A stretch of 64,000 nt of DNA from the human T2T-CHM13v2.0 reference genome, Homo sapiens, in assembly GCF_009914755.1 (NCBI RefSeq), contig NC_060927.1; one strand, written 5' to 3'. Below the pieces are notes generated by a model, which saw only the letters and a program-made list of their open reading frames with translations, was not told the DNA's origin and searched no databases. A program made the position numbers and the translations under genes. Positions 1-14,199 of this stretch are shown here, in pieces (the stretch's first letter is position 1; the number at the start of each line of letters is the position of its first letter).

Positions 1-309
1 ACTGGGTAACTTATAAAGGAAACTTATTAACTCACAGTTCCATATAGCTGGGGAGGCCTCACAATCATGGTGGAAGGCAAAGGAGAACCAAATGTATGTC
101 TTACACAGCAGCAGGCAAGAGCAAGCATGTGCAGGGGAACTCCCATTTATGTAACCATCAAATCTCACGAGGCTAATTCACTACCACAAGAACAGTATGG
201 GGGAACCACCCCCATAATTCAATTATTTCCACCTGGCCCTGTCATTGACATGTGGGGACTATTACTATTCAAGGTGAGGTTTGGGTGGGGACACAGCCAA
301 ACCATGTCA
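1..309 (-). mobile_element. THE1/MST-type ERVL-MaLR LTR (partial, cut by window edge)
   Basis: Ends ...tttgggtggggacacagccaaaccatgtca, the reverse complement of the THE1 5' end. Confidence 0.9.
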
Positions 310-1490
310 CCTTCTTTATACCATATACAAAAATAAACTCAAGATGAATTAAAGACTTAAATATAAAACCAAAAACTATAACATTCCTAGAAGAAAACCT
401 AGGAAATACCACTCTGGACATACACCCTGGCAAAGATTTTATGAGGAAGCCTCCAATAGCAATTGCAACAAAAACATTGTCAAGTGGAACATGATTAAAC
501 TAAAGAGCTCCTGCCAACCAAAAGAAACTATCAACAGAGTAACTAGACAACCTACAGAATGGGAGAATATATTTGCAAACTGTGCATCCAACAAAGGTCT
601 AATATCTAGAATCTATAAGGAACTTACACAAATTAACAGGCGAAAGGCAGCCTCATTAAAAAATGAGCAAAGGACATGAACAGATACTTCTTAAAAGAAG
701 ACATACACATGGCCAAAATTATATAAAATAAGTCATCATCACTAATCTTTGGGAGAAATGCAAATCAAAGCCAAAATGAGATACTATCTCACACCAGTCA
801 GAATGGTTATTATTAAAAAGACAAAAAATAGCAGATACTAGCGAGGTTGCAGAGAAAAAGGAACACTTATGCACTGTTGGTGGGAGTATAATTAAATTAG
901 TTACACCTGTGGAAAGCACTGTGGCGATTCCTCAAAGAGCTAAAAACAACTACCATTTGACCCAACAATCCCATTATTGGGTATATACCCAAAGGAATAT
1001 ATGTCATTCTACTATAAAGACACATGCTTGCTTATGTTCACTGCAGAACCATTCACAACAGCAAAGTCATAGAATCAATCTAAATGACCATTAATGGTAG
1101 AGTCAGTAAAAAATTATCATACATATACACCATGGAATACCATGCAGCCATAAAAAAGAATGAGATCATGGCCTTTCCAGGAACATGGTTGCAACTGGAG
1201 GCCATCATCCTTTGCAAACTAATGCAGGAACAGAAAACCAAATATTGCATGTTCTCACTTATAAGTGGGAGCTAAATGATGAGAACACATGGACACATAG
1301 AGGAATAACAGACACTGGGGCCTACTGGAGGGTGAAGAGTGGGAGGAGGAAGAGGGCCAGGAAAAGTGACTAATGGGTACTAGGCTTAATACTTCAGTGA
1401 TTAAATAATCTGTACAACAAACCCCATGACACAGGTTTACCTGTGTAACAAAACTGCACATGTATCCTTAAAGTAAAATTAAAAAAAAAA
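310..1490 (+). mobile_element. LINE-1 (older L1PA-type) ORF2 C-terminus, 3'UTR and A tail
   Basis: ORF2-like peptides ([29 protein letters not shown]; YIYTMEYHAAIKKNE...KYCMFSLISGS); L1 3'UTR; A10 at 1481-1490. Confidence 0.92.
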
Positions 1491-1864
1491 TGTGGTACAT
1501 ATACACCATGGAATATGATGCAGCCATTAAAAAAAACAACAAAACCATGTCCTTTGCAGCAACAGGGGTGGAACTCAAGGGCATTATCCTAAGCCAATTA
1601 ATACAGGAGGAGAAAACCAAATACTGCACGTTCTCACTTATAAGTGGTAGTTAAATGTTGACTATGCATGACACAAGGAAGGGAACAATAGACACTGGGG
1701 CCTACTTGAGGGTTGAGGGTGGGGACGGTGCTGTCTATGGGGCACTATGCTGATTACCTGGGTGATAAAATAATCTATACCCCAAATCCCTGCAACACAC
1801 AATTTATGTAACAAACCTGCACATGTATTTCCTGAACCTAAAATAAAAGTTGGACAGAAAAAAA
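1491..1864 (+). mobile_element. Second LINE-1 3' end (L1PA16-like) directly abutting the first
   Basis: Restarts at tgtggtacatatacaccatggaata and runs through a differently diverged 3'UTR to aaaataaaagttgg...aaaaaaa. Confidence 0.88.
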
Positions 1865-2444
1865 TATATGAATAGTGTATATTAGTGAAATGAATGAACA
1901 GTTGGTATTGCCCCAAAATGGTAAGCTTTAGAAATATAATTTAGTCCCAGAAGACTACATATAATATAAAAATATTTGTAGAAACCTCAAAAACATACGA
2001 AACTAAACAATATATTATTTATGTAGCTTTAAGGATGTGCTAACTTTTTATTTTTATAAGTAAGGAAATGATAAACAAAATTCATGATAGTAAATATCTC
2101 TTTGAAAGAGGGAGGAGACTGGATAGGGAAGGAACACAGAAATACAAGTTAAGGAAACTATTAAATTACTATATTAATGTACAATATTGCTTATGATATT
2201 TCAGAATTTATATCACTTTAGTATATTTTAAACTAATATTTCATGAAGCTTATATCATGGATCTAGTCTCACTAGATGTTTTACCACTATAGTTACATGG
2301 TCAAATTGATTTGGAAAATGTAGAATATATTTTTATTTCTAGAGTTTCACAGATCACATGGGCATATTAAATGCTCAGAGAAAACCTAAACTAAGCAACC
2401 TACATATTTTATTTAACTGGGTGTTTTCCAAATACATTTTCCCT

Positions 2445-2879
2445 CAGTGGCGACGAGGAGAGTGTTCTCCCTTTAAGAGAGAGAACGGGCTACAAGGAGG
2501 GTCTCCAGCTACCACAGCTTCAAGGATTACCTGAAGGTTCACCTGAAAGCCCTCATTCTGCCTGAGATCCGGGTACTAGAACCAGACCTTTCTTGCTGAA
2601 TACAGAAATGCTCAAAAGAGCAGTCTCCTCTTGGGACTCCTAAATGCCTGGCCAAGACTTTCTCAGGCTTGCAGTGCCATCAGAGACATTTTCTACCCAA
2701 TCCTCCTTCTTTAACTCTCTCTTCTCACAGGCATCGGGCCTGTATTATGGTCTGAAAGAGCTTTCTTGCCTCCTCTCAATTCCTCACCCCTTTGACTTGG
2801 ACAGGTGTTTCTTTTCATAAATACCTTCTCTTTCAACATCATTTAAGGGTTGGCTCCCAAGAAAATCCAGACTTACACA
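2445..2879 (+). mobile_element. LTR16-like ERVL LTR
   Basis: 3' motifs 'tcacaggcatcgggcctgtattatggtctgaa', 'acaggtgtttc...ataaat' and end 'gacttacaca'; boundaries approximate. Confidence 0.55.
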
Positions 2880-5800
2880 AGCCATGATTTTTTTTTCCAT
2901 AACAACACATAATTCTTGGTAATAGTGTTCCAAGGAAACGCTTTGGGAAATGATTTAAGCCAAACCTTTCCTGAGTTTCCAAACTTGATTTCTGGCAAGT
3001 GAGGAAATTATAGAAACATAAATTTGGGCTTTAGTTCATCCATACTTTTATAGTAGGAAAATATCATTTTTAAATTATGCATGTATCTTTTTTTCCTTTG
3101 AATCCTTTATTCATTTCCTTCAGAATGAGGGTTATGGAAAATTAATCCCCGGTGGCAGAGTGAATCCCTTAAATTTCTTTTACCAAATAATCTTACCATT
3201 CCTATGTATGGTGTTGTTTATTTCACTGAAGTATGAATTTGAAGCAAGTACTCTAAGGAAGAAAAAATATAACAGTAAATATATTTTGTTCTTTTTTAAA
3301 TATCACATGGTTTTATTTCTTATCTGTTCTTAATCAGTTTTTATAAGGACCTCAGCCGTGAGCCTAGAGATAGAAAAGAAAGATGTTTCTTTTCACCTAT
3401 AGCATATTCGAAAGTTTAAATGAAGTTTATTCAGAGTCCTTAGTTTTACCAATTACTTTTTCCTTTCTTGGATGTACAAATCTTTAATACACTAAATGCA
3501 GCTTCTATAATTTTAAACAAATCCATTCTTCAAACCAAACCAAAGATAGAATAACTTTTATAAAACAGGAGACACTTTAGAGGTATAGTTAGTAGATATT
3601 TGTAATTTTCATGTGTTTGCAGACTCTGCAATGTTGCTGTCAATATATTTTTAGTTTCTTCCTATTTGATAAGGGTATACCATACAGATGCTGCTGTGGA
3701 TGCAGTATTGGCCCCAGTCAGAGTCTTGTTACCATGAGAATCTCTGCTCTAGGCACTATGGCCCTCCGTGGGCTTACTAAGCCAGACAAGCTTCCAAAGA
3801 GAATGTGATGTTTGCTGAACAACATGGAAATTGGATATAAAACCTTTATTTCTTTTTTAAATTAATTTTTAAATATCACATAGTTTTATTTATAAATGAA
3901 ATTAAAGAATGAATAACATTCATATTCAAACTGATGAAAAAATTGGCACAGTAGGTATATTACATTGGGCATTACTAAATAGTCTATGCCTCATGAATAA
4001 CTTATAACCAGAAACATTTTTGACACCCTCATTCTTTGTAAATTTCAAAGAATATTTGAAGTGATTTAATGAATATGGCAACTATGGAAGAAAATAGATT
4101 CAACAAACTAATACAATGACAGTTTCTGATTTTAAATTAAATACCTAGAAGTGATTTTAGGGGACTAAAATCACTAATAATTTTTCCAAGGTCAGCAACT
4201 AAAATTTCAAAAAATATAAAATATCTTAGAGTATCATTTATTCACACAATGGTCTTATTAAAGTCTTAGATGACAAATACCTCTGCTAGGTACTATAGAT
4301 TTTTATTGGAATAAGCCTCAAATCCTGGAACCTGAAAAAATACCCTACATTGGAATTCATTTTCAAGTACTTATGACTAGAATGTATTTAGCTTCAAAAC
4401 TATAATTTGATTTTCATTCACAATAGTTAAATAATTCTTTTGGATGGGCATTTTCAAATCAAGAAGACTAAATTCATTACTTTAATGAGATAAATTTTAA
4501 ATGAACCACTTTTTATAAAGCATTCATATTGGGTAATTTTTGTAATGCATTTCTCTTAATGCTTTCAAAATGTCCTTTCTCAGAACTCTTGTAAGGGAGG
4601 CTGAGTTAACAACCTATTATTATGTACTCCTTACTGAGCTGTTAATAGCTTTACAGTCTCTCAAAGAACACACCTGCTGCTCATAAAAACATTTGTGTTG
4701 CTACAGAATTTGGCTGTGTTTTAATATCACGTATTTGCAGTGACCTTGTAGAATCCGTACTGATTCTATATTTTTAGGGAAAAAACAACAATAAAGAACA
4801 TTGTCCATTTATTTGAGTATATTAATGGAAAATTATGAAATAATTTGATTAACCTAAGGGTTCTAATATTTGAAAAGTTGGTTTTCAATAATGGTTTTAA
4901 ATTTCTTGGTAATTTTTTACACTATGTGAGATTGTTTCTATTTTCATTTTTGAAAGTTTGTTATCTCAATTTATATGTGTTGAAATAGGTTTATTTTCAC
5001 ATATGTGTATATTTTAATTAGAAACTGATGGCTTAAATTCTATTAGAAATATCAACATTTCCATAGATTAATTGAAAAAAGTAAAAATTGAAATTAATGT
5101 AGACCTTTTAAAAACTTTAAGTCAAAAATATCATAAGTCTATAATGAGAGAATGTAAAATTTTAGTTAAGGCAGTATTTTTAAAGTTTGTCATGGTTGAA
5201 TAGAATATAAATTAATTGTTTTTGGCTAAGTTTCAGTTGGCAAAGGCAAATTGTTCCCCAAACCTGTGTTTGATCCTTCCATTTCAGACAAGGACATTTA
5301 AAAAAGGCAATCAATGCAATAATTATTTCCATATGTCCCTTGATTCGTGTGATTTTTATGGATAAACCACAGCAGGTGGATGAAATCTTTCCATCCTATC
5401 TAATTTAGTAATACCTGAATATATATAGCTATTACAACTCCTGTTATCCACAACTCCTTGGTAATTTTCCTCCTATTTATTGAATTATGCATCACAGCAT
5501 TTTTCTTTCTCATGTTTAACACGTTTATACTTTTAAAAGACCACCAGATAGTTCTTTTCATATTTTAAAAAGATCAACAGATGGACTTAGTTCAATTGTT
5601 GGTTAGCACAGGAATGAAGGGTTTTATTGCTGTCCACCTTCAACATGGCAAACAGATAGCGGTACCTGCCAGATGTATAGTCCTTCTAAGCTCCTAAAAC
5701 ATGCAATAATCAATGATTATTCCAAATCACTATTTTTTACTCTTGAATGTCAAAATGGTTTCATTGTACCTATGACAGCTACATTTACAACTAGTCAACT

Positions 5801-6377
5801 GGTCTTATCTACAGAAACAGGCAACTGACTTAAGACTCAAGTTACTGGCTATATAAAGATACCTCAAGACGTTGATGTTATTCCCACATATAGATCTCAA
5901 CTGCCACTTAATTACCTAAAGTGCCAGACCCCTGGGAATTTTGCTGACTTATCCTACTAATTTTCTTGACATGGAATTAAAAGGTGGTGGTGTTCTGGGA
6001 GATTAATTTACTAAACAACAAATGCAATTCCATCCACTAACTCAAGGTATAGTTTATTATTAAAATATTACTTCTTACTCAAAGTGACAAATGTTTTCAG
6101 CAACAACACAAATATCTATTTAATTACGTTCACAACAGCATTGATAATCATTCTAACATTTAATGAGGATGTCCCAGCTTAGAAATCACTTCACATGCAT
6201 TAACATTCGACTCATTACAATATTGTAAGGTGGATAGAACTGACGTTTTATGTTACTTTTTAACAAAGCATGCTGTGTCTCAGTAATAAGATGAAAGGCT
6301 TATGTTCACCTGTCTTGTAAGTCACAGAAAGAAGCACTGTTTCTTGAAATTCCAATCCAGTGCTCTTATTAATAAAG

Positions 6378-6758
6378 TGTATTAGTCTGTTCTCATACTG
6401 CTATGAAGATACTACCCAAGACTGGGTAATTTATAAAGGAATGAGGTTTAATTGACTCACAGTTCCACATGGCTGGCAAGGCCTCAGGAAACTTACAATC
6501 ATGTGTAAGGCAAAGAAGAAGCAAGGACCTTTTTCCCATGGTGGGAAGAGAGAGAAGAGCCAGAAGCGAATGGGTAAGAGCCCCTTATAAAACCACCATA
6601 TGTCGTGAGAACTCACTCACTATCACGAGAACAGCATGTGGGAAACCACCCCCATGACCCAATCACCTCCCACTGGGTTTCTTCCTTGACATATGGGGAT
6701 TATAGGGATTACAACAGGAGATGAGATTTGGGTGGGACCACAGAGCCAAACCACATCA
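6378..6758 (-). mobile_element. THE1D/MSTA-like solo LTR
   Basis: tgtattagtctgttctc ... agccaaaccacatca, with 5-bp TSD TAAAG at 6373-6377 and 6759-6763. Confidence 0.93.
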
Positions 6759-7165
6759 TAAAGTCATTTAGTTTGCAATATAGAAGATCCTGTTAGAAAC
6801 TATAAAAGAATTAGAAACCTCAGTTTAAAGCACTGTGAAGCTCATAGTCTTTTCATCTACGGCATAGATATCCTCCTAAACTCAGTATGGTGGTAAAAAC
6901 TGAAATGGAAATGCAAATAAGGAAAACTGGTTTGGCCTGTTCTCTACAATTTGCCTGTTCTCTATAGTTTGCCTTCATAGATGAGCACAGGTATGTAAGT
7001 TAATTGTTGTGATAAAAGAAATAAGAGTTTCGTTCTTCCTAATGAGTCTCTTACCTTACATAGTAAAAAGAGAAGTGAATATGTGTCTTGAGGTCATTAG
7101 TGTTATTTGATGAAGACTCAAAATCTCATGAAATACTAACAAAATATAATCTTTTTAAACCTTAA

Positions 7166-7759
7166 TTTTTTTTGGACATAGGCAAATCTCATTTTAATTG
7201 CAAAAGACTTCATTTACAGCACAGTCAATAATGAACCAACAGGAGAGTTGCTGACTTTGGAACATATGAATATATAAAAATCCCTTGCAATTCAGGTAGT
7301 CGAGATAATAAGGGCATGCAAGGAAAGCAATCCTCATTTTTCTGAAAAGTTTTACATTTTAAAAGGTGACTAGGCATACTTGGAAGTTCAAAGCAGTAGG
7401 ATGTACCTTGCAGGGAAAGAAGGAGGAAAACCCTTTTCCATGTTGTTAGAAAAATGTATATCAAATATATCCCAATTCCATTTGACAAAGTCAGGTGGAT
7501 GACCTCCTTGAACCAGGCTAGGGCAGAACACTTAGTAAAAGTGGGCCCTGGGTGAGGATGCGAATCCAGAAGAAGAGCACCAGATCCCCTGCAGTACCAA
7601 ACATATCCGTTCCACCCTCTAACACAGAAGAGGCACGTTGCCCCATGTCCCTGGACACGGGATACATGAGAACAGTCATCAGATGGTTACTACCCCCATG
7701 GCTTGGTGCTTTCTAATGGTGTTAATTCAGGCCATGGAGAAAATCCTTTACCACCAAAC
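7166..7759 (-). pseudogene. 5'-truncated processed retrocopy of an mRNA 3'UTR (resembles LAPTM4B 3'UTR)
   Basis: T8 tail remnant at 7166-7173; ATTAAA signal on - strand at 7193-7198; near-duplicated flanks ACCTTAA(A)TTTTT at ~7159 and ~7760; GC content above the flanks. Parent gene call is from memory only. Confidence 0.72.
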
Positions 7760-8420
7760 ACCTTAAATTTTTATGTTAGACTAAGTACTTTGAATTTCAG
7801 AGATTCTTATACTATGATTAGAATTGTGACATTTCTGTATATGGAATCCATATTATTATTTCTTACATCTGTGCTTCTCAATATATTACTGAAACAGAAA
7901 ATATAAAATCTAACATAGGTAATATGTAAATCACTTAGTGACATTTAGCTGTATTGCAATACCTCACATTGGAAGCTGCATTGTGTAATAAGTAACAGCA
8001 TAGAATTTAGAGCTAGACTTCCTAGGTTCAAATCCAAGCCCTATCAGTAATTTATTGAGTGATCTTGTCATCTGTAAGACTTAATTCATATAGTAGCTTT
8101 GAGAATTTTCTTGGTTTTGAGAGTTCTTCATGCCTACAACATAGTAAGCAGTATGAAAGTGTTCATATTAAAAAAAAGTTAACTGCAGTATGTCCTGTGT
8201 AAACTTTCAATTGATTTATTTTGACTAATTTGACATGTCATTTCAGGCTAAAAAGTCATACGTCCTTCCAAAGAACCAGATAATTGTAGTGTTTATTTTG
8301 GTTAAGTTTTGTGTGTGAAGGCAAAATAGCATCAGCCAATCTAGTGACAAAAAAATAGGATCAGTGAACTGTTCCATATTAAAATTGAGGACTGTTAAAT
8401 GCAGAATAATGTTTAATCTT

Positions 8421-8998
8421 GTTCCAGGTATCTATTATTGCATAATTTTTAAGCCAAAATGTAGTGGCTTAAAAATTATAATTCATAAATATTGTATCTC
8501 TTGAATCTATTAGTCAGGTATTCAGACAGGACAGAGCAGAGGCAGCTCATCTCTGCTTCACAATCTGGACCTCAACTGGGATGGCGAAACAATGGCTGGT
8601 GGCTGGAACACCTGCAGAATGGCTAGGCATCATCTCATCATACTCTTTCTCTCTCTCTCACCTCTCTTTCTTGCCCTTCTTCCCACCCTCCCTACCCCTT
8701 ATTCTTGCCATCTCCATCTTTCTAAGGCTCCTCCTCCACATGATTATCTTGGGCTTCCACATAGCGTTGCAGTCTCAGACCAGCCATACATCTTAGATTG
8801 CCATACAGAGCTCCAAGACAAAAGTTTAAACTGCCAGTTTTCTTTGAGGCTGGGCCAGGAACTGGCAGCTCATCACTTCTACCCTACTTGGTTGGTCAAA
8901 TCAGTCATATACTAGATCAGATTCAAGGAAAGGGAGCACAGATTTGACTTGTCAATGAGAAGAATGTAATAGAATTTACAAACATCTTTATTTTACCA
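8421..8998 (-). mobile_element. MLT1 (G/H-like) MaLR LTR
   Basis: Motifs 'tagtggcttaaaa', 'gctcatctctgcttcaca', 'ggaactggca...catcacttct', 'cagattcaagg'; approximate ends. Confidence 0.7.
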
Positions 8999-10733
8999 TG
9001 CTGCTTGATTTTAGGCCTTCATAATATTACATTATTTGCTTCGCTTCTCATTTGTAATAATTTAAAAATATGTATTTTCAGTACTGGGTCAAAACAAATT
9101 TATTAATTTTGAATATGCATGACATCCTAAAAACTTGAAGTCTACTTAGTAGTTGTATTTGTATCTGGAAATATTATAGGGTAAAAAATAGTTAATTCAT
9201 AAAAGCAAATCAAAAGGTGAGAGAAAAAATAAAGAACAAAGTTGTGGAAAGAAAACTTCCACAAATGAGTTTTTTCAGTTATTTGAATCTGGACTATGCA
9301 TTGAGTTGAGCCAATGTATTTACAACAATCAATATATACAGATGAAATTATCCAACTTTGAAAATGAGATTTCTGCCTGACCAAGGAAATAGCATCCATT
9401 ACTCGCTCCCAGACCCCTAAATACATAGTCCATAAATATTTAACATGGGCAACATGTGTGACCTCTGCAGAACAGGGCTCTTCACTGCCGTGGAGTTATC
9501 TTTTACTCTAAATTTAACTTATGGCTTCATCCTAGGTATTTTTCTTTCTTTCCAATTTGATTTTAAAACCAGCTTAGGTTTATGAGTAGATAAATTTGTT
9601 CACTCTTTGATAATAATGCAGATTAACATAATGTTTCTGTAAAATGACCTTGCTTTGCCTTGAATTACTCTACTCGCATTTAAAACTATCTGCAGATATT
9701 TTCACATTCAAATGTTTAATTTTAAACACCTTATTAGAACTACAAAAACCTTTTGTGTGCGAAGGTGTGTACTTCAGGAAGCTGTCAATTATTACAATGT
9801 ATTTATTAGTATTATATTACTTATAGTCGCTCAGTGATGAGATATTTAGTTCCCAGTTACAGTATCTTGACAAGCCTTTATTTTATGTTATTTTATTATA
9901 AATCTTGAGGCACACATTTGATATCTTCTGAGGAAATTCAAAATCAGTGATGAAGTTAGATCATTATTTGAAAACATTGGGTTATTTAGAGCATAATAGG
10001 ATAATTTTCAAGTCAAGACTATATAACTTACTTATAAAGAATGTTAAAATCTTTATTTTGGGGAGGAGAAACTGGATTTCTTGAATCCTTTGTAGCTTTG
10101 TAAATCAATCTTAAGAGATACCTGCTTTAGTTTTTGAACAAAACAAATATATTGGTATCAGATCACAATTAAGGCTCACAAACAAATATAAAAAAAATTT
10201 AAAGTTCCACCACGGTGACAAAATACATTTAAATGGGAAAAAGTGAAAAATAAATAATTAGAAATTGTTTTTTCCCCTGTCCTAAATGAGGGTAAGGAAT
10301 TCTCATGCTTATATATTTAAATGAATTTCTGCTGCATTTTCAATGCAAGAGGCAGCTCTTATATTACTGTTTTGTGGCCGATTTGGACAAATGTGTGACT
10401 TTACATATATTCACAAATGATACTGTTTTTCAGTGAAGACATTCTTGCAAAATAATTTTTCATGTTTTACAGGCAATTTCACTCTAGTGAAAATTTACCT
10501 TTCTTAGCTTTCTTATTTACTTTAATTCTGTTGGAAACTCTAGCAACCAAAAGACAGTTTTGGATGCCAGTCAACCAGCATTTGCTCTCTGGTAATTTCA
10601 TCTTCAAAGAATTTTTATCTGCTACCTTTTATTACTCTTAATCTGTCCTATAATCCAGTTAGCACTACTGTAAAAAAATCCAATGCACTATAGTTCTTAG
10701 ATAAATTTTATTGTGTATAATTAAGAGATACAA

Positions 10734-10959
10734 CAAGTGCATTCAACCCGCGGCCCACACGTGGCCCAGGACGGCTTTGACTGCAGCCCAATACAAATTT
10801 GTAAACTTTCTTAAACATTATGAGATTTTTTTTTTTTTTTGCGATTTTTCTTTTTTTAGCTCATCAGCTATCATTAGTGTTGGTGTATTTTATGTGTGGC
10901 CCAAGACAGTTCTTCTTTGTCCAATGTGGCCAGGGAAGCCAAAAGATTGGGCAACCCTG
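10734..10959. mobile_element. MER30 hAT-Charlie DNA transposon (MITE)
   Basis: 'gtggcccaggacggctttga...cagcccaa' and 'agggaagccaaaagattgg...ccctg'; degenerate 8-bp TSD agatacaa/gtatacaa. Confidence 0.85.
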
Positions 10960-11449
10960 GTATACAACATGATGTTATGGAATATGCATGATTTTAGAAA
11001 GTTACTATAGTGAAGCAAATTAAAATATCCATCATCTAGATTTTTCTTTTTGAAGCATATATTATTTCCCCCACTTTTGTTGTTTTTCAATCCGCATCCC
11101 AAAATTAGATATAATTAATCAAAGGACCATGCACATGTTGCCTTTCTAGTTTCCTGCCCCTCCATTCTGCCATGTCGTTATAATGGTTTAACTTTGAAAA
11201 TGTTCAGTTTGACATTTGGAATAGCATTTATATTTGAATAAATCAACATATGTGTATTAATGTTTCCAAAGATACTTAGCGTGTTATTTTCTCTCAGTGG
11301 CATTTGTTGCTAAGTTATGCTAACTTTTATCATCAAAGTTGTTTTTATCTAGCATTTATGTGGCTGTTTTAATACTTGACCTAAACTACTGACATCAGCA
11401 GGAATTTGTAAACTCTTCTAAGAATGCATAAACTAAATGTAATACTCAA

Positions 11450-11592
11450 TTTTTTGGTTGTTGTTTTTGTTTTTGTAGAAACGGGGTCTCACTATATTGC
11501 CAAGGCTGGTCTCAAATCCTGGCCTCAAGTGATTCTTCTGACTCTACCTCCCAAGGTGCTGGGATTACAGGTGTGAGCCACCACACCCAGCC
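11450..11592 (-). mobile_element. FLAM/Alu left monomer
   Basis: gtagaaacggggtctcactat...gtgctgggattacaggtgtgagccacc with a T-rich tail. Confidence 0.85.
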
Positions 11593-13324
11593 TCAAATTT
11601 TCTTATAATAAATATATTTTTTCCTCTCCATTTTCCCCCTTTCAAGTCATTTTATCTATCCTCAGTAGTCCAATAAATATGTATTCTTTAAATGTTTTGC
11701 TCTCTGCTATTTATATTTCTGAGTTTTTTCTATCCGTATATTGTTATTACCAAATTTATGTGTGATTTTAAAATTCTAGTAAATGATCTAAAACTTTAAG
11801 AATGAATGACAAATTTAAAGTTGTTGTTTGACTATAATATACTTTTAACAAATACTATTAAGAAATGTTGGAATGAAGGCATTTTCTTCAGGGCCAAGTA
11901 TCAAACTTTAAACACTTAATTTTTAGTTGAACATCATTGTAAATATTTATAGAGTGGTAAAGCACAGAAGAAAAATCTGTATCTCATCTATCTACAGGTA
12001 GGCTACATGAAGACAGACGGGAAAGTTAAAACTGAATAAATATCAAGAATATGTATTAAAAGATATTTCAGCACAAATCTTAGTTTCTGTATAGCATACT
12101 GTTTTGTAAAATATTTTTGGCAAGTAAAATCTTGGACATTCTCCACAATGTTCCTAAGAAAACAAGTATGCTATACTGACATAATATTATTACATTTAGG
12201 TTGTAGAAGCACTATATGCTAGCAAAAGTAATTTTTCTCATCTCCCATTTGAATTGTCATTAATTTATGCCAACAAACTTTTAATTGCTCTAATAATATT
12301 TAAGAATTTAAAAGCTAAGCTTATGGAGCAATTAATTCATTTTTTAATTCAATCATTTGGACAATATATCATGAGAGCCTACAATATGCTAGGCATACTG
12401 TATTAAGTAGTTGGAATATAAAGGTTAAAAAGCAAGTAAACACAACATTTTTTAAGACTTGTCACAGCATCTGCAAGATGACCTTAAGGCATGAGCCTAT
12501 CATTGCCCTGGAATAAATGCACCACCCATTGATAGTTACTCTTAAAAGAAAGAAACAATGCTACGTTACACACCTGCTGGATCCTGTAAAACAGTTTTAC
12601 ATATTATTTTGGTTTATCTTACAACAAGCTTGACCCTTTGATATAGGTATAACCTTTCCAGTTTTCATAGATGAACTGACTACAACTAGGACTCTATTGG
12701 TCTCATTCTAGCACCAGTATTTTCAAAAGATCACACTTTAATAATTAGGCCATTTTCTCTAACAGTAAATATCACTATTAAAAGCAGTTCGTTATCTATA
12801 TATGTTATCTATTTTATTAAAATCAATTACGAATGTTTAATTCCAGATCAATATTCCTCTATCATCAGTGTACTTCTGTGCCTTCTCCTACTACTGTTCA
12901 ATATTTAATGTTCAGGAATGCATTAAATATTCATTTTAGGTGAAACAAGGTACACATTGGTAGGAATATATGAAAATAGTCATGAATGCATTTCAAAGTG
13001 ATTTGGGGTTATCTGTAATTTTGGATTACTGGGAATAATCAAGAGTTGATTGTAGTAAATTATAGTAGTAGAATACTTAATGATACGTCCCCAGAAATGC
13101 AGTCAAAAAGTAGTTGTGTACATGGAATAACTACTTCTACATTTTTCTTACTTATACATATTTTGCAATTTTGCCACAACAGTGGCTAATTTTTACCTAA
13201 GAAAAACATTTTAGAGCACCTTACCCACTAGCTTAAACCACCAAGGAACTTCTTAACCCTTTCTACTCACCCCTCACCATTAGAAATTTCTTCTTGTGCA
13301 TTTTAATGAATGCGAGAAAAGACA

Positions 13325-13660
13325 ACAACTCTGTTGGTTGCCAACAACAGAACCCAGCTGCCACTACTATTTAATGTTGTCACAATGGAGAATCCAAGGC
13401 AGAGTGGAACTTCCCAGCCTCAGAAAGGCAGAAACCAGGAAAGCTAAGGTTGTTCAACTTCAGTGATGTTTCTTTGTCATGGGTTCAGTGAAGTTTCTCA
13501 TCATGGGTTCATTTACTTAGGAAAAGAATTATATAGTTATTCTAGCTTGCTCTTGTTTCTGGGACAGTTGGCCAGCCCCATCTTACATTACTGGTAGATT
13601 ATAGTTAGATCTGGTTATAGGAGAATCAGTGTGAGCTGAAAGGTATCCTAATGTGTGTCG
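13325..13660 (-). mobile_element. Old MLT1-like LTR remnant
   Basis: 'actctgttggttgccaacaacagaacccag' resembles the terminus of old MLT1 elements; highly diverged. Confidence 0.4.
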
Positions 13661-14199
13661 CTATGTCAAAGCAGAAATTTTAGTAGTTCAATTCCCAGTG
13701 ATATGTGACCAGAGCTGCAGTAGGTACACCTTATGTTAAATGGTTTAGCGATTCCTTTGTGGATATCAATCAATTGACATTACTAAATACTGACTATGCA
13801 TCCAGCACTCCTTTGTTTCATTTTGTTTTGTTTTTTGAGGGAAATGTAAACTACATTTTTCAGGAAATTGCAGCCCACTTTAGGATACATACGGATGCAC
13901 ATTCAATAAGTAGAGGAGGGGACCAAATCGTATAAAATTAAGTGCTAAATGCTGGTTAGAATCAAAGAATTTAAAGATTAATTTATTTAAGATGTCTAAT
14001 TTCCTTACTGTGTAATACCTTTAAAATATTCAAATGCCAGTCTTTTACTTCCTTGGACAGTTTTAATCTGTTGGAAATATAAGGCCAAATTGAGAAATAT
14101 ATAGTCATATTAGAAGATTATAAAACATCTTACAGGCACTCTCTAATGAAGAATTTTCTAAAGAGTTTGATTTCCTCAATTGATATAGCATATTGCTCC

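Noticed and set aside
491-1461. Cluster of short ORFs with real protein similarity
   Set aside because: Frameshifted L1 ORF2/3'UTR remnants, not a host gene.
8581-8915. 107-aa and 71-aa ORFs (similarly 34400-34847)
   Set aside because: They fall inside MLT1 and LTR16-type LTRs; chance ORFs.
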